Below, piece by piece: positions 36,688 to 45,400 of a DNA stretch of 64,000 bases. Every line of letters starts with the position of its first letter. Position 1 is the stretch's first letter. Below the pieces are notes generated by a model that was not told where the DNA came from, made no database searches, and saw nothing but the letters and a program-made list of their open reading frames with translations. The DNA comes from a virus. Taxonomy: Duplodnaviria; Caudoviricetes. The stretch is from the IMG/VR virus record IMGVR_UViG_3300042567_001420. One strand, given 5' to 3'. The translations under genes were made by a program, and so were the position numbers.

Positions 36688-37710
36688 TTATAAAGCGGGA
36701 TGAATGTTCGGGTAAGACCGCTGGTTTGTTAAAGCCTCATATGTTTGAGAATTATACCATGTGTTTAAAGATGATAAAATATCAGACATATCATATACAG
36801 GTGTCCAATCTGCAAGACGTTTAAACATTGTACTATCAGCAACTAACGATGGAGGATCTCCATCGCGTCGTTTATTAATAAATGTTACAATTTCTTTATT
36901 GGTAATTTTTTCTACAAGCATTTGAATTTGTAGATTAGAATGCCCCTGAAGCATCCCTAAATTATATATGCCTTGAATAGAATTGTCAATAGCTTTTATG
37001 TGTGCAAGTGCAATATCTTGAACATGAATATAATCTCTAATACAAGTTCCGTCGGGCGTATCATAGTCTGCACCATTTAAAGTGAATGATGTATTATGTT
37101 TGACTGCTTCAAATAGTTTGGCAAAGATATGTGTTGCATTTGGTTCTTGCCCATGCTGACCTTTATCGTCAGCTCCGCATGCATTGAAATATCTAAATGC
37201 AGTGAAATTTAAGTTGTGGCATCGATGATACCATTCCAATAAATGTTCAACCATTAATTTAGATTGACCATAAGGAGAAATAGGATCGACCTTATCGTTT
37301 TCCCTCAATGGTGTTTTTGTTGTAGGAATGCCGTAAACAGATGCGCTACTACTAAAAATAATCTTAGTCTTTGGAATATGTTTAGCAACGAAATCTAAAA
37401 GCAAATTTGTTTTAGATACATTGTTGTGAAAGTAATGTCCTGGATTTTTCATACTAGGACCAACAAGGCTAGTGCCTGCACAATGAATAATTGCTACAGG
37501 ATAAACCTTTTTATATAGACTAAACGCATCCATGTCTGTAAAATCACATTGAAGAAACTCATCTTGAAATGCATCAAGATGATCGTTGTGTCTGTTATCA
37601 ATACCGATAACTTCGTAGCCTTGTTTCTTTAATTCGATGCAAGTCTGGCCGCCGATATAACCGGCAGAACCCGTAACAACGACTAATTTAGTACTTGGCT
37701 GCTGGGACAT
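36688..37710 (-). CDS. galE: UDP-glucose 4-epimerase GalE-like
   Basis: GSAGYIG, SSSASVYG, PYGQSK, RYFNACGA, DGTCIRDYIHV, RRDGDPPSLVAD. Confidence 0.9.
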   Translation of the reverse strand: MSQQPSTKLVVVTGSAGYIGGQTCIELKKQGYEVIGIDNRHNDHLDAFQDEFLQCDFTDMDAFSLYKKVYPVAIIHCAGTSLVGPSMKNPGHYFHNNVSKTNLLLDFVAKHIPKTKIIFSSSASVYGIPTTKTPLRENDKVDPISPYGQSKLMVEHLLEWYHRCHNLNFTAFRYFNACGADDKGQHGQEPNATHIFAKLFEAVKHNTSFTLNGADYDTPDGTCIRDYIHVQDIALAHIKAIDNSIQGIYNLGMLQGHSNLQIQMLVEKITNKEIVTFINKRRDGDPPSLVADSTMFKRLADWTPVYDMSDILSSLNTWYNSQTYEALTNQRSYPNIHPAL

Positions 37711-38857
37711 GATCTCTATAATCCTTACCGCTACGATACCATTTAGCATTATCCTCAAACATAATATCCAAACAACGATCAATAGTACCAGATGTCCAGT
37801 CAGACAACTTGCCTAGATTTGCTCGCTCTTGAACCAGCAATGTATTTAATTTAAATACTGCGTCATCTTGTGACCATGGAATATAAAGACATTCGCGATC
37901 ATTAGCAAATGATTCTGGGAAAGATCTATAAGCAGGATACAAACAATTTGTACCTAATGCATCTGCCTCTGATGCAGTGTTGCTTACCCAATCCTGCAAT
38001 GCACAATTAAACAATACTCGAGAATCGCCCAACAATTCATAATACTCATTCTTTTTAAGATTTTCATAGATTTTAAAATTATGAGTCTTTTCCAATGCTC
38101 GCGCGCGAGTCAAATACTTTTCGTTATTACTACGCAAAGGTCCACCCGATAACACAGCAAATTCTACACCCGGGTTAACTGTATGATATCTTTCAATAAG
38201 ATCCATAAAGAAATCAGGTTGTTTCTCCTGATCAAATCTTGCAGCAAATACCACACGTTGTTTACGCTGATTAAATGGAATACGATTTGCTACACGACTA
38301 CGAACTTCATCTTTATCAAATGCAAGTCCGGAGATATTAAAGATTGGCGCTTCCCAACCTGCAATTTTCATATGAGCAACCATTTCTTCGTTAGATGCAA
38401 GTACACCTGTAACAAATTGATCTGTCATTTTCTCATAAAGACCCATCCACTTCTGCATATCCCATACGTGAACAAAATCATCGGGGTCAATAGATTGTGC
38501 AAGACAACGAACAAAAATTCTAGGTTGATATTCGTAGCTTACTTGATCCATAATATAAGGCAGCGCCTCAATACCGGGAGTAAACATATCTTCAAAAAAG
38601 ATTGTGTCTTCAAATGTTATTTCGCCAGCTTTCATCTTCTTAATAAGATTAGCCATTTGTGTCAGCGAATAATAACTACGCCCATGTGCATCAAGCACTT
38701 GACCGGTAACAATTGCTTTAGAGTCATCTAGAATATCACCATGAATTACTTCATAGTCAATACCTCTGCGTTTAAATGCAGCTTCGCTCCATTGTTGCAA
38801 TTGTAAAGTATAGCGACCTTCATAAGGTTCTAAACCCATATAATATAATTTACTCAC
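37688..38857 (-). CDS. GT-B (GT4-like) glycosyltransferase B of the deazaguanine cassette
   Basis: FAARFDQEKQP, D-x7-E (DWVSNTASE), LYPAYRSFPE. Confidence 0.72.
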   Translation of the reverse strand: MSKLYYMGLEPYEGRYTLQLQQWSEAAFKRRGIDYEVIHGDILDDSKAIVTGQVLDAHGRSYYSLTQMANLIKKMKAGEITFEDTIFFEDMFTPGIEALPYIMDQVSYEYQPRIFVRCLAQSIDPDDFVHVWDMQKWMGLYEKMTDQFVTGVLASNEEMVAHMKIAGWEAPIFNISGLAFDKDEVRSRVANRIPFNQRKQRVVFAARFDQEKQPDFFMDLIERYHTVNPGVEFAVLSGGPLRSNNEKYLTRARALEKTHNFKIYENLKKNEYYELLGDSRVLFNCALQDWVSNTASEADALGTNCLYPAYRSFPESFANDRECLYIPWSQDDAVFKLNTLLVQERANLGKLSDWTSGTIDRCLDIMFEDNAKWYRSGKDYRDHVPAAKY

Positions 38858-39302
38858 CTGCTATCCTTTCAAAACTAATTCTGCAACCGTTTTCACCATC
38901 TTCTGATACTTCAATAGTATAATCCCTATCAGGCCATTGTGCCGCACATTTATCATAAAGCTCACATGCCATCATTTCGCATGACTTATAATCTAAATGT
39001 AGTGTGCCATCAGAATACCATCGTTCCATAATGCGTTTTGCCTGAATAAATTCTACATCTCGATCATCATGAAATACTTCCATCTCTACGCGGAAATGAA
39101 AAATATGTCTATGCGGTGTTCCTAAGAATGAAACATCCAGCCAATCGCCTGTTGCTAATTTAGGATCAGTTGCTGCTTGGGGATATTTATGAATACCCTC
39201 TTTACGAAAGGTAACCCAAATAGAACTTTTCTTTTTAATTAATTTACTGTGTATAATTGTATCTGTAAAAAATACTGGCTCGTTTGAAATAATATCGGTC
39301 AT
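38850..39302 (-). CDS. T-fold QueD paralog, DpdL-like (predicted 7-carboxy-7-deazaguanine decarboxylase)
   Basis: LGTPHRHIF matches the LxxxHRHxF signature as recalled; SCEMMA; EVSEDGENG; immediately downstream of dpdA. Confidence 0.6.
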   Translation of the reverse strand: MTDIISNEPVFFTDTIIHSKLIKKKSSIWVTFRKEGIHKYPQAATDPKLATGDWLDVSFLGTPHRHIFHFRVEMEVFHDDRDVEFIQAKRIMERWYSDGTLHLDYKSCEMMACELYDKCAAQWPDRDYTIEVSEDGENGCRISFERIAGE

Positions 39303-40585
39303 GCAAATAAATCCTCAAGTGAAACTGGTGGTTGTGTGTTAACTGGTTCAGACTCCATATACTTTCCTACATTTCTTTCCCAATCTTCAAAATCAGAAAG
39401 ATTCTTAACATCAAACAATGTAGCGTATTCATTCTCACAGCCTTTTTCTCTACAGAACTTTAAGAACAATTCTTTCGATTCTGTTAAAGCATTGACATCG
39501 TGAGTAAAATTATGTACGTTTGTTAAAATAAAAGCAAGACGTGCTCGCATAATATCAACAAATTTTCCGCCTGCTTCTAAATGAACGCCGACCCCTCGGT
39601 TCATTAAGATATGGTATTCTTCAGGAGTATAATTTGTTCCACATACTGCATTAATTTCTGTAGTAACTGTTCTATAAATGTTAGAATACTCTCTGCCCAT
39701 TTTTACAGATGTGCCGCCATATGGGGAACCTGCTGCCTTTTTAGCGAATGAAAAATAAAACAATCCATTATCTAATGACATGGAATGTGTAGTAGAGTCA
39801 TATGAAATATCAATACCTTCATATAGACCAGATTGACTAAAACAAATATAAGGCAGAATGCGACGTAATGCACCTACACCCAATACGTGTAAATGAAATG
39901 GTCTAGTATACGGCATCTGTGTAACATAGAATGCTCGTTTAACGTCTTCTAATTGTCCCATACCCAGAGCAGCCGATCCCATAGCAAGACCACCGATACG
40001 ATGATGCAATGCCGGAGTAATTTCTTCGAGTACTAATTTTGCCCAGCGTGAATATGATTCTTGCGATGAACCCTGCATAATAACAAATGGTCTACATTTG
40101 CTACCCATCTTATCGAATGTTTCAATTTGCGATTTTACATTCCTGCCCGTTTGTCTTGCATAATCATCAAAATTATCCATGTCTGCATATCTACGCTTAG
40201 TATCAATCTTAGATGATACGCCACTTGTAGAAGTTGTCTTAACAGGAATCTCATCAAACGACATACCAATGTCTGCATATGCACCTTGATTCAAATAAAC
40301 TTTTTCTCTAACTTCTGGAGTATTTTTTAAACCGCGAGTAATAATCTGCAAACCTCCAGAGTCAGCATGAATATTATTAATTGAAGCACGAAACTTTTGT
40401 AACTTAGGTCCAAAGTTCTTTTCCGTAAATCCATTATACAATAATGAGAATGTGTGGTTGTTTTGTTTATGACATACTTTAGCAATCATGTCAAGCATCA
40501 TTTCTAATACATCGGGGTCATTACATTGTTCTGCACCCAGCCGCAAATATGCTGGGCCAGAAATTACGTATTCATATGTTCTCAT
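39299..40585 (-). CDS. dpdA: DpdA-family DNA guanine transglycosylase (TGT fold)
   Basis: DSGGLQ, SFDEIP, MQG, GGLAMG, HVLGVG and SYDST mirror TGT motifs; no TGT zinc CxCxxC; folE/queD/queE context. Confidence 0.82.
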   Translation of the reverse strand: MRTYEYVISGPAYLRLGAEQCNDPDVLEMMLDMIAKVCHKQNNHTFSLLYNGFTEKNFGPKLQKFRASINNIHADSGGLQIITRGLKNTPEVREKVYLNQGAYADIGMSFDEIPVKTTSTSGVSSKIDTKRRYADMDNFDDYARQTGRNVKSQIETFDKMGSKCRPFVIMQGSSQESYSRWAKLVLEEITPALHHRIGGLAMGSAALGMGQLEDVKRAFYVTQMPYTRPFHLHVLGVGALRRILPYICFSQSGLYEGIDISYDSTTHSMSLDNGLFYFSFAKKAAGSPYGGTSVKMGREYSNIYRTVTTEINAVCGTNYTPEEYHILMNRGVGVHLEAGGKFVDIMRARLAFILTNVHNFTHDVNALTESKELFLKFCREKGCENEYATLFDVKNLSDFEDWERNVGKYMESEPVNTQPPVSLEDLFA

Positions 40586-41943
40586 GCAAACAGGCTTTCT
40601 AATGAAGAAGTGACTTCTTCTTTTGGTATAAAATTAGGATCTTTAGATAAGTATGTGTCGTTGTCTGTGTAAATTATATTATATTTAGACTTATTTGTCA
40701 ATATACTTTTGACATCATCTATAGCTAATTGTGATCTATTTAGGATTTTAATAAAGTCTGAATATTTGATTTCGGTATAATCATTAATTTTTGCAGAATC
40801 AGATCGTGACAAAGATGTTTGAGTGTAACTAGATAAGAATTTTTTCCATCTATCAGATGTTTGAAAATCCAAATGTTTGATATACTGCAACGCATCATGG
40901 TTGCGTTGTTTTCGATCAGCATTATATTCTACTTTTAATACTTCGGCAACTTCATTTAACGGTAACCGAATATAATATGCAGGATCAAAATTAGTTACCC
41001 ATTCAGATTTGTCAATAACAATACAAGGCATATGACCTAAACATTCAAAAAATGTGAACGGGTAATTTTCTCTTAGTGAAGGGTTAAAGTGAACCTTTGC
41101 AGATTTAATAAAGTCAACTTTTTCTTTACCAACAATACTAGCTTTAATCTCATAATCGGTAATACCAAGTTCTGCAAGACGAGCTTCAAACTTTTTCTTG
41201 CCGTTAGCATTCGTCATAATTTTTGCAGGCAATCCAGTCTCTTTAATTACTTTTAAAAATGCTTCTGGATTTTTACGATCTTCCCACCGACCAATATATA
41301 AGACGCCTTTTCTTTCTGAATAATCACTTGTGAGCAATTCTCTTTCAGACATAGGCATACTTAAATGTTCTACATCAACTCCGCCATTATTTTTAATTTC
41401 AGTTACATTACGTGCAGATTGTGTGCCAATATAACAACTTTCAAGATTCATTAAGTTGTTAAAAAATTCATTACAACTTTCTAAGAATACGCCTTTGAAT
41501 TTTCTAGTATCACGGAACACCATACTCTCTTCATGCGTGTAAAATACTACAGGAATGTAACTATTAAGATCAAAACTCAATACTGCGGGCATAGCCTCTA
41601 AAGAATTACATACTACCATATCATAGATATTAGTATGAAAAGCATTCATAACAGCATCACGGAAATTAATCATCTTTTCAAAGTTAATTGAATCAGTAAA
41701 TGCAAAAGTACCGGTATGATTTTTATATGACAAGGCATTTTTCGGAGCAATTAAATTTGCGCCCAATGATTCAACTAATTTTGCAAACTCATTTGTTGTG
41801 GGTTTGTCCGTAATAATATCAACCTTCCAGTCAATTTTATTTGCCATTTCAACAAATCCCTTTGCAAATTGTCCAATCCCACCATGCGGAACAAGGTGTT
41901 GATCGCTAATGCAAAACGCAACTCTCTTTTTATAAAGACGCAT
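40582..41943 (-). CDS. GT-B (GT4-like) glycosyltransferase A with C-terminal extension
   Basis: HGGIG, YIGRWEDRKNP, E-x7-E (ENYPFTFFE), about 90 extra C-terminal residues ending SLESLFA. Confidence 0.85.
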   Translation of the reverse strand: MRLYKKRVAFCISDQHLVPHGGIGQFAKGFVEMANKIDWKVDIITDKPTTNEFAKLVESLGANLIAPKNALSYKNHTGTFAFTDSINFEKMINFRDAVMNAFHTNIYDMVVCNSLEAMPAVLSFDLNSYIPVVFYTHEESMVFRDTRKFKGVFLESCNEFFNNLMNLESCYIGTQSARNVTEIKNNGGVDVEHLSMPMSERELLTSDYSERKGVLYIGRWEDRKNPEAFLKVIKETGLPAKIMTNANGKKKFEARLAELGITDYEIKASIVGKEKVDFIKSAKVHFNPSLRENYPFTFFECLGHMPCIVIDKSEWVTNFDPAYYIRLPLNEVAEVLKVEYNADRKQRNHDALQYIKHLDFQTSDRWKKFLSSYTQTSLSRSDSAKINDYTEIKYSDFIKILNRSQLAIDDVKSILTNKSKYNIIYTDNDTYLSKDPNFIPKEEVTSSLESLFA

Positions 41944-41944
41944 A

Positions 41945-42454
41945 TTACTCACCAAGAATTTTAATTAAGTGTTTTGTTTGATGCATCGCATCATCTAAGG
42001 CATTATGATACGTACCTTCGCGTTTGTCTTCTGGAATCCAATTGAACATTGCTTTAGCAGTTCGGTAACAACGATCATCCCAGCATTTCCAAGGTGGTTC
42101 TCTGCCTGTAATGAAGTATGCATTACCTAAAATTGTGTTATCAAATACAGCACCGTTTCCCCAAATAGGTAAACTCTTAGGGCCAAACCATAACTCAAAT
42201 TTATCCAATGCTTCTTGCAATGATATATTATTCTTTGTTAATTCTCGCAAGGCTTCTTTATTTTGTTTAGACCACCATGCAACGGTATCTTTAGAAATAT
42301 GCATTCCAGCTTCTTTACAGCTAGCAAGATCAATGGTGCAATAAAATGTATCTACAATTTTACTACCTTCAAATTTTACTGCACCAATTGAACAAATTGC
42401 TGCGTGTGATCTTGTTGACATTGTTTCCAAGTCAACCATTACATTAATTGTCAT
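41945..42454 (-). CDS. DEDDh 3'-5' exonuclease (Rv2179c/DexA-like)
   Basis: VDLET, WGNGAVFD, HNALDDA. Confidence 0.88.
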   Translation of the reverse strand: MTINVMVDLETMSTRSHAAICSIGAVKFEGSKIVDTFYCTIDLASCKEAGMHISKDTVAWWSKQNKEALRELTKNNISLQEALDKFELWFGPKSLPIWGNGAVFDNTILGNAYFITGREPPWKCWDDRCYRTAKAMFNWIPEDKREGTYHNALDDAMHQTKHLIKILGE

Positions 42455-43134
42455 TTACATCCTTGTCGGGCAATCTGATAAAACTCGTTTCTTACTGCTG
42501 GATCATTTTTAAATCCACCACCTAAACGAACTGTTACTGTAGAGCTACCTGTGTCTTCAACACCTCTAGATTTTACGCAATAATGTTGAGCATCAATCAA
42601 GACTGCAACATCTTCAGTATCAAGAATATACTGTAAAGTATGAAACACTTGCTCTGTTAAGCGTTCTTGAATCTGAGGGCGTTTGCTAAAATATTCTACA
42701 ATACGATTGATCTTAGATAGACCAAGAACCCTAGTCTTAGGTACATAAGCAACTGTTGCTAATCCATCGATAACAACAAAATGATGCTCGCAATTAGATT
42801 GCACATTTACATTGCGCTCACATACCATTTCGTTATACTGCATTTTATTATCTACAGTAGTGCATTTTGGAAATGCATCATAATCGAGACCCCAAAAGAT
42901 TTCATTAACATACATTTTAGCAACACGCTTAGGTGTTTCAATTAGACTATCATCTGTAAGATCAAGGCCAAGTGTTTCCATGATCTTGGCAAATAAAGGT
43001 TCGATAACTGCTATCTTATCTTTACGATCTGGAATTAATGATTTTTTTGTTGGGGTTTCAACACCCATTTTAACTAGGTGTTCGTGAACTCGTTGACCCA
43101 ATTCTGGATCGCATTTAGTTTTATTGAAACTCAT
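42451..43134 (-). CDS. folE: GTP cyclohydrolase I
   Basis: ETPKRVAKMY, CEHH, GLSKINR, RPQIQERLT, HYCVKSRG. Confidence 0.97.
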   Translation of the reverse strand: MSFNKTKCDPELGQRVHEHLVKMGVETPTKKSLIPDRKDKIAVIEPLFAKIMETLGLDLTDDSLIETPKRVAKMYVNEIFWGLDYDAFPKCTTVDNKMQYNEMVCERNVNVQSNCEHHFVVIDGLATVAYVPKTRVLGLSKINRIVEYFSKRPQIQERLTEQVFHTLQYILDTEDVAVLIDAQHYCVKSRGVEDTGSSTVTVRLGGGFKNDPAVRNEFYQIARQGCK

Positions 43135-43267
43135 TTGATAACCTTCCTTTGTGATGGTTTATTTTTGACAGTATGTTACCGTTGCGTAACATAAGTATTT
43201 ATTACTTTGATTTTGTTGTTGGATCACACCCGCATACGCCTTACTGACTTCTTACGGGTGACCATAA

Positions 43268-43462
43268 TTATGCCTTAGTTTTCGCTTCTGCTCTAGCTGC
43301 TTTTTCGGCAGTAATTTCATTGCGACGTGCTTTAACTGCTTTAGATAACTCTGCTAATGCTTTGCGTGTACGTGTACCTGCGGCTGCATTGCCTTTGTTA
43401 AATTTCTCATTCTCAGCATTATATGCTGCTAAACTTGTTTCGATGTCGTTATGTGCGCTCAT
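43268..43462 (-). CDS. Small Ala/Lys-rich protein, Hc1 (histone H1-like) N-terminal-like
   Basis: KFNKGNAAAGTRTRKALAEL; AAGGA RBS. Confidence 0.65.
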   Translation of the reverse strand: MSAHNDIETSLAAYNAENEKFNKGNAAAGTRTRKALAELSKAVKARRNEITAEKAARAEAKTKA

Positions 43463-43478
43463 ATTATTTTCCTTTTAG

Positions 43479-44348
43479 TTAAGTGCCCCATGCGTTTTTA
43501 AACAATGGGATTTGTAGTCGGTCGGAATATCTCCAACCTTTTTGCATTGCGTACTCTGCAACGCTGCGATTATTAAGAGAGTACAGCCGCTCAGTCCCAC
43601 CGAGAGGCATAAGATAAACAGGACCTGAGAAACCAGCTTTACGATATGCATTTACTGCCTCTTCTGCTTCTTCTGCATCTTCTTTAGATCCAATTACAAA
43701 TTTAAGATATGTATATCCTACCCATTCATACCCTGCTACAATTTCTGGGCAAATTGCATCTTCCCACTTTTCACCTGATACCGATAGTTTAGGTGAAACT
43801 GAAAATGTTAAAGCATCACAACCTCTTTTGCTTGTGCGACCTTTATTATTTAGTGTCCAATTTAAAAGATATTGTTTAAATTCATTAGACAAAGGTTGTG
43901 TTCCATTTGTCTCAAATGTCAATTCTTTTAATGCTATCATTTTTTCATTACCGAGTAATTCCGGATATTGTTTTTGCCAACCTAATAGAGGCTCACCTCC
44001 AGTAATAACTAGGTGTTCGTCTTGCCATTTTTTATACGGGAGTGTATCGACGATTGCTTCCACAACATCTTTAACATCGAGTACAGGGCTAAGATGCTTA
44101 AAACGAGGGTCCCAACTAGCATAGGAATCACAGCCAGTGTGTACGAGAGGCAAGTCATTATAATTTTTAAAGCTTTCGGCCTTAATCGAGATAACATTTC
44201 GTTCATCGCTTTTTTCGCCTTTTGGCATGCCGAACCCGTCGCAAGTAAAATTGCAACCAAATGTTCTTAAGAAGACAGAGGGCGCACCCATATAGCGGCC
44301 TTCACCCTGAATTGAATAAAATAGTTCTGAAATTTTAAGTTTAGCCAT
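43479..44348 (-). CDS. queE: 7-carboxy-7-deazaguanine synthase QueE (radical SAM)
   Basis: ELFYSIQGEG, FLRTFGCNFTC...GCDS, ITGGEP, FETNGT, SVSPKL, RLQIPL. Confidence 0.93.
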   Translation of the reverse strand: MAKLKISELFYSIQGEGRYMGAPSVFLRTFGCNFTCDGFGMPKGEKSDERNVISIKAESFKNYNDLPLVHTGCDSYASWDPRFKHLSPVLDVKDVVEAIVDTLPYKKWQDEHLVITGGEPLLGWQKQYPELLGNEKMIALKELTFETNGTQPLSNEFKQYLLNWTLNNKGRTSKRGCDALTFSVSPKLSVSGEKWEDAICPEIVAGYEWVGYTYLKFVIGSKEDAEEAEEAVNAYRKAGFSGPVYLMPLGGTERLYSLNNRSVAEYAMQKGWRYSDRLQIPLFKNAWGT

Positions 44349-44373
44349 AATGACTCCGTTCAACAATACTCAT

Positions 44374-44402
44374 ATTATATAGTGTTTAATCATCTAAGTC
44401 AA
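44374..44402 (-). promoter_or_regulatory. sigma70-type promoter heading the DNA-modification cassette
   Basis: TTGACT-N17-TATAAT, overlapping the 3' end of gp55. Confidence 0.8.
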
Positions 44403-45006
44403 GTGGATTACTTGAATCGTCCGAAATTATTTTGTTCTTTTTAGGAGTTGAAATTACCCGTTTTTCAATATCAATAGTATCCATTTGCCGTTTTAAGTAA
44501 TCTAAGAACTGATTACCAAATTCGCCGTTGTCATGTTCTTGAAGAATTAATGAATCAATATCCATATTCTCAATCAATTTATACTTAGTAGCTTGTTGCT
44601 TCTTTTCTTTTTGGATACGTCTAATAAAAGCAAAGTATATAATTTGAGTATAATATGCGAAAGGATTTGATCCTTTAGATGGGTCAAATTTGACAACAGC
44701 AGTTAGACAATTTTCAATTCCATCTGAAATCATATCATCTTTAAATGTATAATTAATGAAATTAGATTTATAAGATAAATGTGTTGCAATTTTAATAAAG
44801 CATTCACCTATGTAGTTAGATACAATAGGTGGTTCTTTTCCTGCGGCCGCCGCATCAACTACACTTTGTCTATATTCAATAAGAGCTTGTAAAAACTTTT
44901 TATTGTCTACATAGTGAGACGAAGTAGGAATTTTTACTTCCTTAACTACTTCAGCTATTTCAGTGGAGAGTTCTTCCACGTCTTTTAGGGGGTTCTTTGT
45001 TTTCAT
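44386..45006 (-). CDS. 55: Late-transcription sigma factor gp55 (start uncertain)
   Basis: HYVDNKKF, YIGECF, FINYTFKDDMISDG, NPFAYYTQI..AFIRRI. Confidence 0.95.
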   Translation of the reverse strand: MKTKNPLKDVEELSTEIAEVVKEVKIPTSSHYVDNKKFLQALIEYRQSVVDAAAAGKEPPIVSNYIGECFIKIATHLSYKSNFINYTFKDDMISDGIENCLTAVVKFDPSKGSNPFAYYTQIIYFAFIRRIQKEKKQQATKYKLIENMDIDSLILQEHDNGEFGNQFLDYLKRQMDTIDIEKRVISTPKKNKIISDDSSNPLDLDD

Positions 45007-45400
45007 TATGCTCTTCTTCAAGTGTGTTTATAAATTTATCTACAATTTCTTGGATTTGTTCTTTTTCCAAATCCTTTTCCTCAACCTCAGAAATTTCAGG
45101 ATCTGCCCTGGAATCTATGAATTTTATATAATTATCTTTTAATGTTTCTTTTGTATCAACAGCAACTATAATATGATCTGTTGATATCTCAAAACTTTCT
45201 GTGTTTCCTAATGCTACCCAGGGGGATAAAATATATGATTCTACAATCATATCGCCCCTTGGCATTCTAATCTGATTTAATACTACAGGATCTGTAATTG
45301 ATATGTTACGCCCTTTAAGGTCTTTACATTCATCGAATGTTTTACATATTATATCTTCACCACTTGTTAATTTTAAAATTTTAACATTCGGATCGTTCAT
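44960..45400 (-). CDS. Conserved hypothetical protein, probable Sm-like fold
   Basis: VKILKLTSGEDIIC; lies between uvsW and gp55. Confidence 0.7.
   Translation of the reverse strand: MNDPNVKILKLTSGEDIICKTFDECKDLKGRNISITDPVVLNQIRMPRGDMIVESYILSPWVALGNTESFEISTDHIIVAVDTKETLKDNYIKFIDSRADPEISEVEEKDLEKEQIQEIVDKFINTLEEEHNENKEPPKRRGRTLH

Noticed and set aside
39299-40585. Calling this ORF a tRNA-guanine transglycosylase (tgt) for queuosine
   Set aside because: It lacks the TGT zinc-binding motif, no queA/queF/queG is present, and context and tail favour a DNA-acting DpdA.
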